Part shown: positions 24,758 to 32,567 of the stretch, piece by piece
Layout: each line of letters begins with the position of its first letter
Position numbering within the stretch: the stretch's first letter is position 1
Source: an uncultured Eubacteriales bacterium
GTDB taxonomy: Bacteria > Bacillota > Clostridia > Peptostreptococcales > Anaerovoracaceae
Assembly: GCA_902780845.1 (NCBI GenBank)
Contig: CACZGZ010000001.1
Coordinates: 1-54,873 of the forward strand
Length of the DNA stretch: 54,873 nt
Reading direction: 5' to 3'
The notes under the pieces: model-generated
The model's input: only the letters and a program-made list of their open reading frames with translations
Told to the model about the DNA's origin: nothing
Databases searched by the model: none
Program-made: the position numbers and the translations under genes

Positions 24758-26905
24758 TCAATTTGCAAGTTTGTCCATATGACCATGGTCATATTTCTTT
24801 TCTTTATTATCTTTATCTTCCTTGTGTCTGATGCCTATGGTAGTGTGTACCACTACCCAGTCAAGGAGCATCAGAAGTGAAGGCAGTACCAATATTACCG
24901 AGATCATGCTGACCATAGCTCCTCTTGCCAGAAGGTTACACATGGAGCTTATCAGGTCAATATTGGAATAAATGCCGACACCGATGGTCGCTGCAAAGAA
25001 GCTAAGCGCACTCACCAGGATGGAGGGCATGCTGTAGCTCAGCGCTTCAAGAATGCTTTCTTTCCTGTCATGATCAACTCTGAGCGCCTTGTACCTGGTG
25101 GTCACCAGGATCGCGTAGTCAACAGTCGACCCCAACTGGATCGTACTTATGGCGATAGGCGCGATGAAAGGCATGGTGAATCCGGTGTAGTACGGGATAC
25201 CCAGGTTAATGAAGATCGCGAATTCTATAACTGCCACCAGTATTACAGGAAGACTGATGGATCTCAGCGAAAGCAGGATTATCAGGAATACGAATCCGAT
25301 GGCCACCCAGGATACTACCTTGAAATCCTTGTCTGTTATCTCGATCAGGTCCTTGGTGCAGGGACCTTCTCCGATCAGCATTCCATTCTCGTCATAGTCC
25401 TTGAGGATGCTGTTGATGGCTTCTATCTGATCGTTACACTCATCAGTGGAAACTTTGTATTCTGAATTGATGATTATGAGCTGATAGTCATCATTTTTCA
25501 TTATATCTTTGATCCTGTCCGGGAGCATATCCTCAGGTACTCCCGCACTTAAAATGGAATTAAGTCCCAGTGTGTTGGTGACTCCATCCACAGCCTCGAT
25601 CTTGCCTATCATTTCAGAAGCTTCCTCAGCTGTAAGATCTGATCTGCAAATTATCATGTGCGTGGTTGCCGTATTGAACTTTTCTGTAAGTTTCTCCTCA
25701 GCTGTTGCGAAGAGGAAGTCTTCCTCTGACTCTTCAGACATCTGGTCTCCTGTAAGCACCTTGGTGAAATCATAGTATACAGGAGCATTGTTGTATCCGA
25801 TGGCAGCAGGGACAAGAACTATAAGGAAGATCACTATGATCGCTTTATAGTGTTTGATTATTCCCTTCGCAGGTCTTGTGAGATCCGGGATCAGCGACTT
25901 ATGCATCGTCTTTGTAAGAGGCTTATCAAGGATAAGTATCATGGACGGAAGGATGGTGACTGATCCGATAACTCCCAGTATACATCCCTTTGCCATAACG
26001 AGTCCCAGATCCATTCCCATCGTATAACTCATGAAGCACATGGCCAGGAAACCTGCCACAGTCGTCAGCGAGCTTCCTGTTACCGAAAGTATCGTGTCTC
26101 TGATAGCCAGAGCCATGGCTTCTTTATTATCCTTCATTGTATTCTTCTTGTCGCAGTATGCGTGCCACAGGAATATGGAATAATCCATGGTGACCGCCAG
26201 CTGAAGCACTGCCGCCAAAGCCTTGGTTATGTATGATATCTCTCCGAAGACCACGTTAGTTCCAAGATTGTACAGTATGGTAATTCCGATCCCTGCCAGG
26301 AATACCAGAGGTACCAGCCAGGAGTCAGTAAGAAGCATCATTGCCCCAAATGCACACAGAACAGCCATTCCCACATATATGGGTTCTTCTCTTTCACAGA
26401 GATTCTTAAGATCTGCAACCAGTGCGGATATCCCTGATACATAACAGTGTTCTCCTGCAATATCCCTGATCTTTTCAATTGCTTCTATAGTCTCATCGGC
26501 AGAAGACGATGTATCAAAGAATACTGCGATTACCGTAGAATCTCCGTTTATGAACACATCCTGCAGCTTCTGTGGAAGGAATTCCTTAGGTACGCTTATG
26601 TCTGCTATGCTGTCATACCAGATGGCGCTGTCAACATGAGGAACCTGCTCCACTTCCTGCCTGAGGGACGACACATCCTTATCATCCATCCCTTCAACTA
26701 TGATGAAACTGAATGCACCCTTGCCGAATTCATCCATCAGGATGTTCTGTCCTTCCACAGTATCTATCCCTTCGGGAAGATAGGTGAGCATATCATAGTT
26801 TATACGGGTCGTCTGGATCCCGATCACCGACGGGATCAAGAGCACCAGCGCGATTATGATTATCGGTATTCTGAATTTGACTACCACACGTCCAAACTTT
26901 TCCAT
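24758..26905 (-). CDS. MMPL-family (RND superfamily) membrane transporter
   Basis: 715 aa with two 6-TM bundles separated by extracytoplasmic loops. The N-terminus MEKFGRVVVKFRIPIIIIALVLL...INYDMLTYLPEGIDTVEGQN is typical of Firmicute MMPL proteins. Confidence 0.85.
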   Translation of the reverse strand: MEKFGRVVVKFRIPIIIIALVLLIPSVIGIQTTRINYDMLTYLPEGIDTVEGQNILMDEFGKGAFSFIIVEGMDDKDVSSLRQEVEQVPHVDSAIWYDSIADISVPKEFLPQKLQDVFINGDSTVIAVFFDTSSSADETIEAIEKIRDIAGEHCYVSGISALVADLKNLCEREEPIYVGMAVLCAFGAMMLLTDSWLVPLVFLAGIGITILYNLGTNVVFGEISYITKALAAVLQLAVTMDYSIFLWHAYCDKKNTMKDNKEAMALAIRDTILSVTGSSLTTVAGFLAMCFMSYTMGMDLGLVMAKGCILGVIGSVTILPSMILILDKPLTKTMHKSLIPDLTRPAKGIIKHYKAIIVIFLIVLVPAAIGYNNAPVYYDFTKVLTGDQMSEESEEDFLFATAEEKLTEKFNTATTHMIICRSDLTAEEASEMIGKIEAVDGVTNTLGLNSILSAGVPEDMLPDRIKDIMKNDDYQLIIINSEYKVSTDECNDQIEAINSILKDYDENGMLIGEGPCTKDLIEITDKDFKVVSWVAIGFVFLIILLSLRSISLPVILVAVIEFAIFINLGIPYYTGFTMPFIAPIAISTIQLGSTVDYAILVTTRYKALRVDHDRKESILEALSYSMPSILVSALSFFAATIGVGIYSNIDLISSMCNLLARGAMVSMISVILVLPSLLMLLDWVVVHTTIGIRHKEDKDNKEKKYDHGHMDKLAN

Positions 26906-26926
26906 TATATGTATAACCTCCTAGCT

Positions 26927-27021
26927 AAATGACCGTTGGTCATTTTCCAAGATGGTATTGTAGCACTAAAATGACCAATGGTCAATATTTTTTTTGAAAG
27001 AAAAATGACCAAAATTCATTT
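26927..27021. promoter_or_regulatory. Three TetR-type operator palindromes (AAATGACC-N3-GGTCATTT)
   Basis: AAATGACCgttGGTCATTT at 26927-26945 (perfect), AAATGACCaatGGTCAAT at 26969-26986 (one mismatch), and AAATGACCaaaATTCATTT at 27003-27021 (half-site conserved). Confidence 0.65.
26957..26985 (-). promoter_or_regulatory. Sigma-A promoter of the MMPL operon (TTGACC-17-TACAAT)
   Basis: Reverse strand reads TTGACCattggtcattttagtgcTACAAT. The -35 and spacer coincide with operator 2, and operator 1 lies just downstream of the predicted TSS. Confidence 0.6.
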
Positions 27022-27026
27022 TTTGT

Positions 27027-27055
27027 TTGACAATACCTTTTTTTAGTAATACAAT
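27027..27055 (+). promoter_or_regulatory. Sigma-A promoter of the tetR-family gene (TTGACA-17-TACAAT)
   Basis: TTGACA at 27027-27032 and TACAAT at 27050-27055. Operator 3 ends 5 nt upstream of the -35. Confidence 0.65.
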
Positions 27056-27095
27056 GTGCACGGAAAAGAATTTGTTACAACTTGATGGTGTTGAA

Positions 27096-27677
27096 ATGAG
27101 CAGAGTAGACGATAATAAATTACAGAAGAAGACCCGCCTGATGGATACGGCGTTCGACCTGTATACCACCCAGGGGATCGTCAAGACTACGATAGAGGAC
27201 ATTGCCAGAAAAGCAGGCATTGCCAAAGGCACCTTCTATCTTTACTTCAAAGATAAATATGATCTTCAGGAGAAGCTGATATCGCATAAATCCGAGCTGC
27301 TGTTCGATTACGCGCTTAAGAACTCCGGCTATAGCGAACTGGATACTCCCGAAGACAAGATCCTGGCCATTGTGGATGACATCCTGGATCAGCTTAAGGA
27401 GGAGAGGCTGACGCTGAAGTTTATCTACAAGAACCTGAACTGGGGAGTGTTCCAGAGAGCCATGTACAAGCCGGATGCAGATTATCTTCCTGTGCTCATG
27501 TCCATAATAGGCGAGCCGGGAAATCCGAAGAGACTGGAGATCGAGATATATACTATATTCGAGCTGGTAAGCTCCACCTGCTACAGCGTGATCCTGGAGG
27601 ATAAGCCCTGTAGCCTTGAAACATACAAACCTTATCTTCATAAGTCGATAAAAGCGATAATCAAGAGTTTCAAGTAA
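27096..27677 (+). CDS. TetR/AcrR-family transcriptional repressor
   Basis: From ATG 27096: MSRVDDNKLQKKTRLMDTAFDLYTTQGIVKTTIEDIARKAGIAKGTFYLYFKDKYDL, a canonical TetR N-terminal HTH. Divergent from the MMPL operon. Confidence 0.85.
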   Translation: MSRVDDNKLQKKTRLMDTAFDLYTTQGIVKTTIEDIARKAGIAKGTFYLYFKDKYDLQEKLISHKSELLFDYALKNSGYSELDTPEDKILAIVDDILDQLKEERLTLKFIYKNLNWGVFQRAMYKPDADYLPVLMSIIGEPGNPKRLEIEIYTIFELVSSTCYSVILEDKPCSLETYKPYLHKSIKAIIKSFK

Positions 27678-27751
27678 GAAAAGTGTGGAATCGCTCCCCC
27701 TGTACGCAAACAGAAAGGTACTTCCAAATAGCGTACTGATCCCAGATAGTA

Positions 27752-27796
27752 AAATGGCTGCCGCCTTAGGATCCCCTAAAGCGACAGCCATTTTTT
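27752..27796 (+). terminator. Rho-independent terminator of the tetR-family gene
   Basis: AATGGCTGcCGCcTTAGG-atc-CCTAAaGCGaCAGCCATT followed by TTTTT. Confidence 0.65.
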
Positions 27797-27812
27797 ATAG
27801 CAGGAACTACAA

Positions 27813-28134
27813 TTACTTCTTTACGGTAGCTTTTATGATTCCTGTAGAATAGTATCTCTGATTCTTGCTCTTCGGTCTGTCAGGTTTCTCCATAATAAGC
27901 TTCCCTTCTTTAATAAGTGGGTCAATGTACTTCCCCATAACATAGAATATAGTCTTGATTCCAAGAAAACCTGCGATTTCCTTTCTTGTTCTGGGTATGC
28001 TGCAGAATCTTAAAAGAGCATCCGTCTTATCCTTGCTATCTGTCTTCTTCTATCAGCTTGTTCTTCAGTTCTATGAGGCCCATTATAATGACCTTCTTTT
28101 CATCATATGTGAGTTTAACTTTAATGTCTGCCAT
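27813..28134 (-). pseudogene. Frameshifted/truncated small gene whose 3' part encodes a winged-helix domain typical of the C-termini of Schlafen/AlbA_2-type ATP-binding regulators
   Basis: A GGAGGAA RBS and ATG at 28134 give MADIKVKLTYDEKKVIIMGLIELKNKLIEEDR-stop. The +1 frame continues as DSKDKTDALLRFCSIPRTRKEIAGFLGIKTIFYVMGKYIDPLIKEGKLIMEKPDRPKSKNQRYYST...KK-stop (27813). The region is AT-rich (about 33% GC in a hand-counted 60-mer). Confidence 0.5.
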
Positions 28135-28224
28135 TTCAGGTTCCTCCTTTTTTCTTTAATTCTAATCATTTGCGTTTTCATATAACAAGTATGCGATTGT
28201 CTTTTTCATCTATTTTTTCGCATT

Positions 28225-28265
28225 AAAAAACCCCATAAACACTGCAATCGCATAATTTATGGGGT
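28225..28265 (-). terminator. Probable terminator of lysS
   Basis: Reverse strand reads CCCCATAAA-(17-nt loop)-TTTATGGGG followed by TTTTTT. The loop is long, so confidence is moderate. Confidence 0.5.
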
Positions 28266-28354
28266 CCAATTACATGTTTTTTTACATGTTTTGTATCGAA
28301 AAATATCGAAACGGCTATCCGAAACGCCGGGAAGCCTTGAAAATCAAGGGTTTC

Positions 28355-29899
28355 TTAGTCCAACGGCTTCATTGTCGGGAACAGCATGATGTCCCTGATG
28401 GAAGGTGCGTCGCAGATCAGCATGATGCATCTGTCGATACCTACGCCGAGTCCGCCTGTAGGAGGAAGTCCTACTTCGATAGCGTTTACGAAGTCTGTAT
28501 CCATAGGATGAGCTTCATCATCGCCTGCTTCGAGAGCCTTCTGCTGTTCAGCAAATCTCTGATACTGGTCGATAGGGTCGTTCAGCTCGGAGAATGCGTT
28601 TGCGATCTCCCAGCCGTTGATGTAAGCTTCGAATCTTCTTGTGATCCTGGGATCCTTAGGGTCACGCTTAGCAAGCGGTGAAACCTCTACGGGGTGTCCG
28701 ATAACGAATACAGGTCCGTCAAGATAGCCGGGCTCGTCCTCTACGAAGTGATCAAACATCTCAGCGATGACTTTACCTCTGGGAAGTCCCTTGACATCTT
28801 CGGGATCCATGCCGGCCTTGATGGCTGCTTCCTGAGCCTCTTCATCGGTAGTGATCTTCTCGAAGTCTACTCCTGTCAGATCCTTGATGCCGCCTTCCAT
28901 GGTGATCCTTCTCCAGGGAGGTGTTACGTCGAATTCCTTACCCTGATACTTCATGATAGGAGTTCCGTTTACCAGCATCTGTGCCTTGTATAAGAGCTGC
29001 TCGGTAACTTCCATGGTGAATTCCATGTTCTGGTAAGCAGCATAGCATTCCATGTTGGTGAACTCAGGGTTGTGGCGTCTGTCCATACCTTCGTTACGGA
29101 ACATCTTGCCCATTTCGTATACTCTGTCGAGGCCGCCAACGATACATCTCTTCAGGAAGAGCTCGTTGGAGATCCTGAGTTTCAGGTCAAGGTCGAGGGT
29201 GTTGTGATGTGTATTGAAAGGTCTGGCATTAGCTCCTCCTGCGATGGTGGTCAGGATAGGAGTGTCGACTTCCATGTATCCGAAGTCTTCTTCCAGAACT
29301 CTTCTGAATTCCTTGATGCACTTAGCACGCTTGATGAAGGTCTCCTTGACTTCGGGATTGATGATGAGGTCAACGTATCTCTGACGATATCTCTGATCCT
29401 GGTCCTTAAGTCCTGCCCACTTGTCGGGAAGAACCTGGATAGACTTGGAAAGAAGGACTACCTTGCTGGCCTTAACGGATGTTTCTCCGGTCCTTGTCTT
29501 GAAAACGGTACCCTCTATTCCGAGGATATCTCCTCTGTCGTAGGTCTTGAACCACTGATACTCATCAGCTCCGATCTGATCTCTTCCCACGAAGACCTGT
29601 ATCCTGCCCTGCTTGTCCTGGATATCAACGAAGGATGCCTTGCCCATGTGTCTGAATGCCATAAGTCTTCCTGCGATGGATACTTCCTGGCCGTCCATGG
29701 CTTCAAAATTATCCTTGATGTCCATTGAGTGGGCTGTAACGTCCCATTTCTCATGAAGGAAAGGATTCCTTCCTGCTTCCTGCAGAGCCTTCAGCTTTTC
29801 TCTTCTGATCTTTCTCTGCTCTGTAAGCTGTTCTTCCGTAACTTCGGCTTCCTGCACAGGTTCCTGAACTGCAGTCTGTCTGTTATCTTCTGTACTCAT
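28355..29899 (-). CDS. lysS: Lysine--tRNA ligase, class II
   Basis: 514 aa. OB-fold N-domain, motif 2 FRNEGMDRRHNPEFTNMECY, motif 3 GLGVGIDRCIMLI, C-terminus LFPTMKPLD. Confidence 0.95.
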   Translation of the reverse strand: MSTEDNRQTAVQEPVQEAEVTEEQLTEQRKIRREKLKALQEAGRNPFLHEKWDVTAHSMDIKDNFEAMDGQEVSIAGRLMAFRHMGKASFVDIQDKQGRIQVFVGRDQIGADEYQWFKTYDRGDILGIEGTVFKTRTGETSVKASKVVLLSKSIQVLPDKWAGLKDQDQRYRQRYVDLIINPEVKETFIKRAKCIKEFRRVLEEDFGYMEVDTPILTTIAGGANARPFNTHHNTLDLDLKLRISNELFLKRCIVGGLDRVYEMGKMFRNEGMDRRHNPEFTNMECYAAYQNMEFTMEVTEQLLYKAQMLVNGTPIMKYQGKEFDVTPPWRRITMEGGIKDLTGVDFEKITTDEEAQEAAIKAGMDPEDVKGLPRGKVIAEMFDHFVEDEPGYLDGPVFVIGHPVEVSPLAKRDPKDPRITRRFEAYINGWEIANAFSELNDPIDQYQRFAEQQKALEAGDDEAHPMDTDFVNAIEVGLPPTGGLGVGIDRCIMLICDAPSIRDIMLFPTMKPLD

Positions 29900-29953
29900 T
29901 AAAAGTTCCTCTCTTTATCTTTACTCCATCCGGCGCTGCCGGCTTTTCGATCC

Positions 29954-30436
29954 TTATCTGGTTATCTCCATTATCTGAAGTTTAAGAATACCGTCAGGTA
30001 CAACAAACTCTACCTTTTCTCCCTTTTTCTTGCCTATCAGATGCTGTCCTACCAGGGATTCATTGGAGATCTTGGGGAAGGGTTCCGCAAAGGGATCCGC
30101 TTCCGTAGTTCCTACGATAGCATAGGTGAAAACTTCCTTTGTCTTAAGGTTCTTGACTTTGACCTTGAGGCCTACGCCGACGAAGTCGTTTGAGATCTCA
30201 TCATCGTTTACGATCTCGGCGTTCTTGATCATGTTCTCGAGTTTGTTTATTCTCTCCTCGATATCCGCCTGTTCTTCCTTAGCTGCGTCATACTCAGCGT
30301 TTTCACTGAGGTCTCCGTAGGATCTTGCTTCCTTGAGTTTCTCTGCGACTTCCGCACGTCTTACGGTTATCAGTTCGTCATATTCCGCAACTATTTTGTC
30401 GTACCCTTCCTGGGTCAAAGTGAATTTTTCTGCCAT
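29954..30436 (-). CDS. greA: Transcription elongation factor GreA
   Basis: 160 aa. ...RRAEVAEKLKEARSYGDLSENAEYDAAKEEQ... is the GreA coiled-coil signature. greA-lysS synteny is typical of Firmicutes. Confidence 0.95.
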   Translation of the reverse strand: MAEKFTLTQEGYDKIVAEYDELITVRRAEVAEKLKEARSYGDLSENAEYDAAKEEQADIEERINKLENMIKNAEIVNDDEISNDFVGVGLKVKVKNLKTKEVFTYAIVGTTEADPFAEPFPKISNESLVGQHLIGKKKGEKVEFVVPDGILKLQIMEITR

Positions 30437-30492
30437 TTCTGTTTCCTCTCTGTTTTTTATCTTAAGTCTGCCTCGCGGCAGGCCGTGATATC

Positions 30493-31581
30493 TTATTTAT
30501 ATACTATATGTACGTTCCTCGTGTTGGTAAGGAATACCAGCGAAGCGTAGTTGATCTCAAACTCAACGATATCCCCCACCTTCCACTCTCTGGGCGAATC
30601 CTCGATATCGAGTATGGTGTGGTCTGAGGATGCTCCAAGGATCTCGACTCCTTCTTCCATGGGGAAGATCTCATCAATGCTCGCATAATCAACTTTGCCT
30701 ATACCTAAAAGCGCTCTCTTTCTTATACCTCTGTCAATATATGTGGGCTTGTGTCCGAAAGCGTCAACTGCGATCTCTCCCACAGGATGCGAAGGCTTAT
30801 CCTTTACCTCGATAACTTCAGCTTTAAGCCTGAAGTTGTCCTTCATGAGTTCAGGCTGAGGGCAGTTATAGAAGAGTTCCAGGTCTCTTGCCAGGATGAT
30901 TCCTTCTCCGACTCTCAGCATATTGATCCTCTCGGGCATATGTCCTTCCCAGATCCTCGGAAGACTGGTGGTGGCTCCTCCTGAAATGATCTCCAGCTTA
31001 CGTCCGATGGCAGCTTCGATCTTCTCTGCCACATCCACCAGTTCCTGCTCCTTCTCGAAGGTGGGATTGATGGATCCGTAGCATCCAAGATTGGTGCCGA
31101 TACCTGAAAGGTGAAGGTTATCCATCTCATCCTCTACGCGCTTGCAGACTCTTGTCATCTCGTCCTTATCCCAGAAGCCTTCTCTCAGGTCTCCCATATC
31201 CGCCATGATTATGACGTTATGTACCTTGCCCTGCCTTCCGGCTTCCTCATTCAGCGCTTCCAGCACGACCTCTTCACTGTTCAGGCTGTAGTCGCAGAGT
31301 CTGATGACTTCTTCAACTTCCGAAAGCATCGGAACTCTTATCATCATCATTGGCTTCGTGATACCTGCGTTTTTAGCATCCTCGATCTGCTCAAGTCTTG
31401 AGGATGCGATCCACTTAGCTCCCTCTTCATCATATGCTTTAGCTACCTCAGGAAGGCCGGTGGCTCCCTTGATAACTCCTGCTATATCAATTCCCATAGC
31501 TCCGCACTTCTCTACAACAGTCCTGATATTATGTCTTAAATGTGCGAGGTTGATCTCAACTCTTGGGTATCTTTCCTTCAT
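30493..31581 (-). CDS. PLP-dependent amino-acid racemase of the alanine/ornithine racemase (fold-type III) family
   Basis: Start at ATG 31581 (MKERYPRVEINLAHLRHNIRTV...), 8 nt after AAGGAG. Has the candidate PLP-lysine context GVIKGA. Substrate not assignable. Confidence 0.65.
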   Translation of the reverse strand: MKERYPRVEINLAHLRHNIRTVVEKCGAMGIDIAGVIKGATGLPEVAKAYDEEGAKWIASSRLEQIEDAKNAGITKPMMMIRVPMLSEVEEVIRLCDYSLNSEEVVLEALNEEAGRQGKVHNVIIMADMGDLREGFWDKDEMTRVCKRVEDEMDNLHLSGIGTNLGCYGSINPTFEKEQELVDVAEKIEAAIGRKLEIISGGATTSLPRIWEGHMPERINMLRVGEGIILARDLELFYNCPQPELMKDNFRLKAEVIEVKDKPSHPVGEIAVDAFGHKPTYIDRGIRKRALLGIGKVDYASIDEIFPMEEGVEILGASSDHTILDIEDSPREWKVGDIVEFEINYASLVFLTNTRNVHIVYK

Positions 31582-31680
31582 GATGATTCTCCTTCCGAAA
31601 CAATTCAGCCGCAGCGGTTCAACGTGCTTCAAACCGCAAAAAACTAACACAAGGGCCTTATATGCCTATTGTATTGTACT

Positions 31681-31709
31681 ATTTTAACACTTTTCCCCCT
31701 GAATGACAA
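31681..31709 (-). promoter_or_regulatory. Sigma-A promoter of the racemase gene (TTGTCA-17-TAAAAT)
   Basis: Reverse strand reads TTGTCAttcagggggaaaagtgtTAAAAT. The leader is about 93 nt. Confidence 0.55.
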
Positions 31710-31745
31710 CATTTAAAGACCATTTATTATCCAAAAAAGGCAAGC

Positions 31746-31780
31746 AAAAAGCGCCGAAAAGGGCTTCCGGCGCAAGTTTT
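31746..31780 (-). terminator. Rho-independent terminator of deoD
   Basis: Reverse strand reads GCGCCGGAAG-ccc-TTTTCGGCGC followed by TTTTTG. Confidence 0.75.
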
Positions 31781-31786
31781 TATCTT

Positions 31787-32494
31787 TTATGCTATCTCTA
31801 AAGCGATCTTCATCATCGTCGTGAAGGTGAGCTGTCTCTCTTCTGCAGTAGTAGCTTCACCGGTGAAAGGGTTGTCAGAGATGGTGCAGATGGCAAGAGC
31901 GTTCTTTCCTGCACGTGCAGCGTTCATATAGAGGGCTGCAGCTTCCATCTCGGTCGCAAGCACTCCCATCTTCTGCCATTCGCTGAGGCTTACCGCATCA
32001 TCGTAGAAGATATCGGATGAATAGAGGTTTCCGACTATCGGCTTGATACCCATATCTCTTGCGACGTTTACAGCCTTCTCCAGAAGTTCGTATGAACAGA
32101 TGGGCGCATAGGTTCCCGGAAGTCTGTACTGAAGCTGGAAGTTGGAATTGGTGCAGGCTCCCTGTCCGAATACAACGTCTCTTACCTTGAGTGAAGGATC
32201 CACCACTCCGGCGGTGCCCACCCTTATGATATTATCCACATCATAGAAGTTGAAGAGCTCGTATGAATAGATCGCCATGGACGGCATTCCCATTCCGGAC
32301 GCCATGACGGATACCGGTTTTCCCTTATATGTGCCTGTATAACCCTGGATGCCTCTTACGTTGTTAACGAGTTTAGCATCCTCCAGGAAATTCTCAGCTA
32401 TGAACTTAGCTCTCAGCGGATCTCCCGGCATGAGTACGGTCTTTGCAAAATCTCCAAGTTTAGCCTCGTTATGAGGAGTAGGTGTATTAGCCAT
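31787..32494 (-). CDS. deoD: Purine nucleoside phosphorylase, DeoD type
   Basis: 235 aa. ...VLMPGDPLRAKFIAENFLEDAKLVNNVRGIQGYTGTYKGKPVSVMASGMGMPS... is characteristic of hexameric PNP. Confidence 0.9.
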   Translation of the reverse strand: MANTPTPHNEAKLGDFAKTVLMPGDPLRAKFIAENFLEDAKLVNNVRGIQGYTGTYKGKPVSVMASGMGMPSMAIYSYELFNFYDVDNIIRVGTAGVVDPSLKVRDVVFGQGACTNSNFQLQYRLPGTYAPICSYELLEKAVNVARDMGIKPIVGNLYSSDIFYDDAVSLSEWQKMGVLATEMEAAALYMNAARAGKNALAICTISDNPFTGEATTAEERQLTFTTMMKIALEIA

Positions 32495-32567
32495 TTCTTT
32501 GCCTCCTTTTGCTGTTCTTCTTGTATTATATCAGTCCGGGAACTAAACCCGCAATACTTTTGATCAA

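Noticed and set aside
27120-27791. 223-aa ORF antisense to the tetR-family gene.
   Set aside because: It fully overlaps a canonical TetR gene, shows no motifs, and ends inside the tetR terminator hairpin.
29900-29953. Possible T-box or other leader upstream of lysS.
   Set aside because: Only 54 nt separate greA and lysS, which is far too short for a T-box. The short CCGGC-agc-GCCGG hairpin has no U-tract. lysS is most simply co-transcribed with greA.
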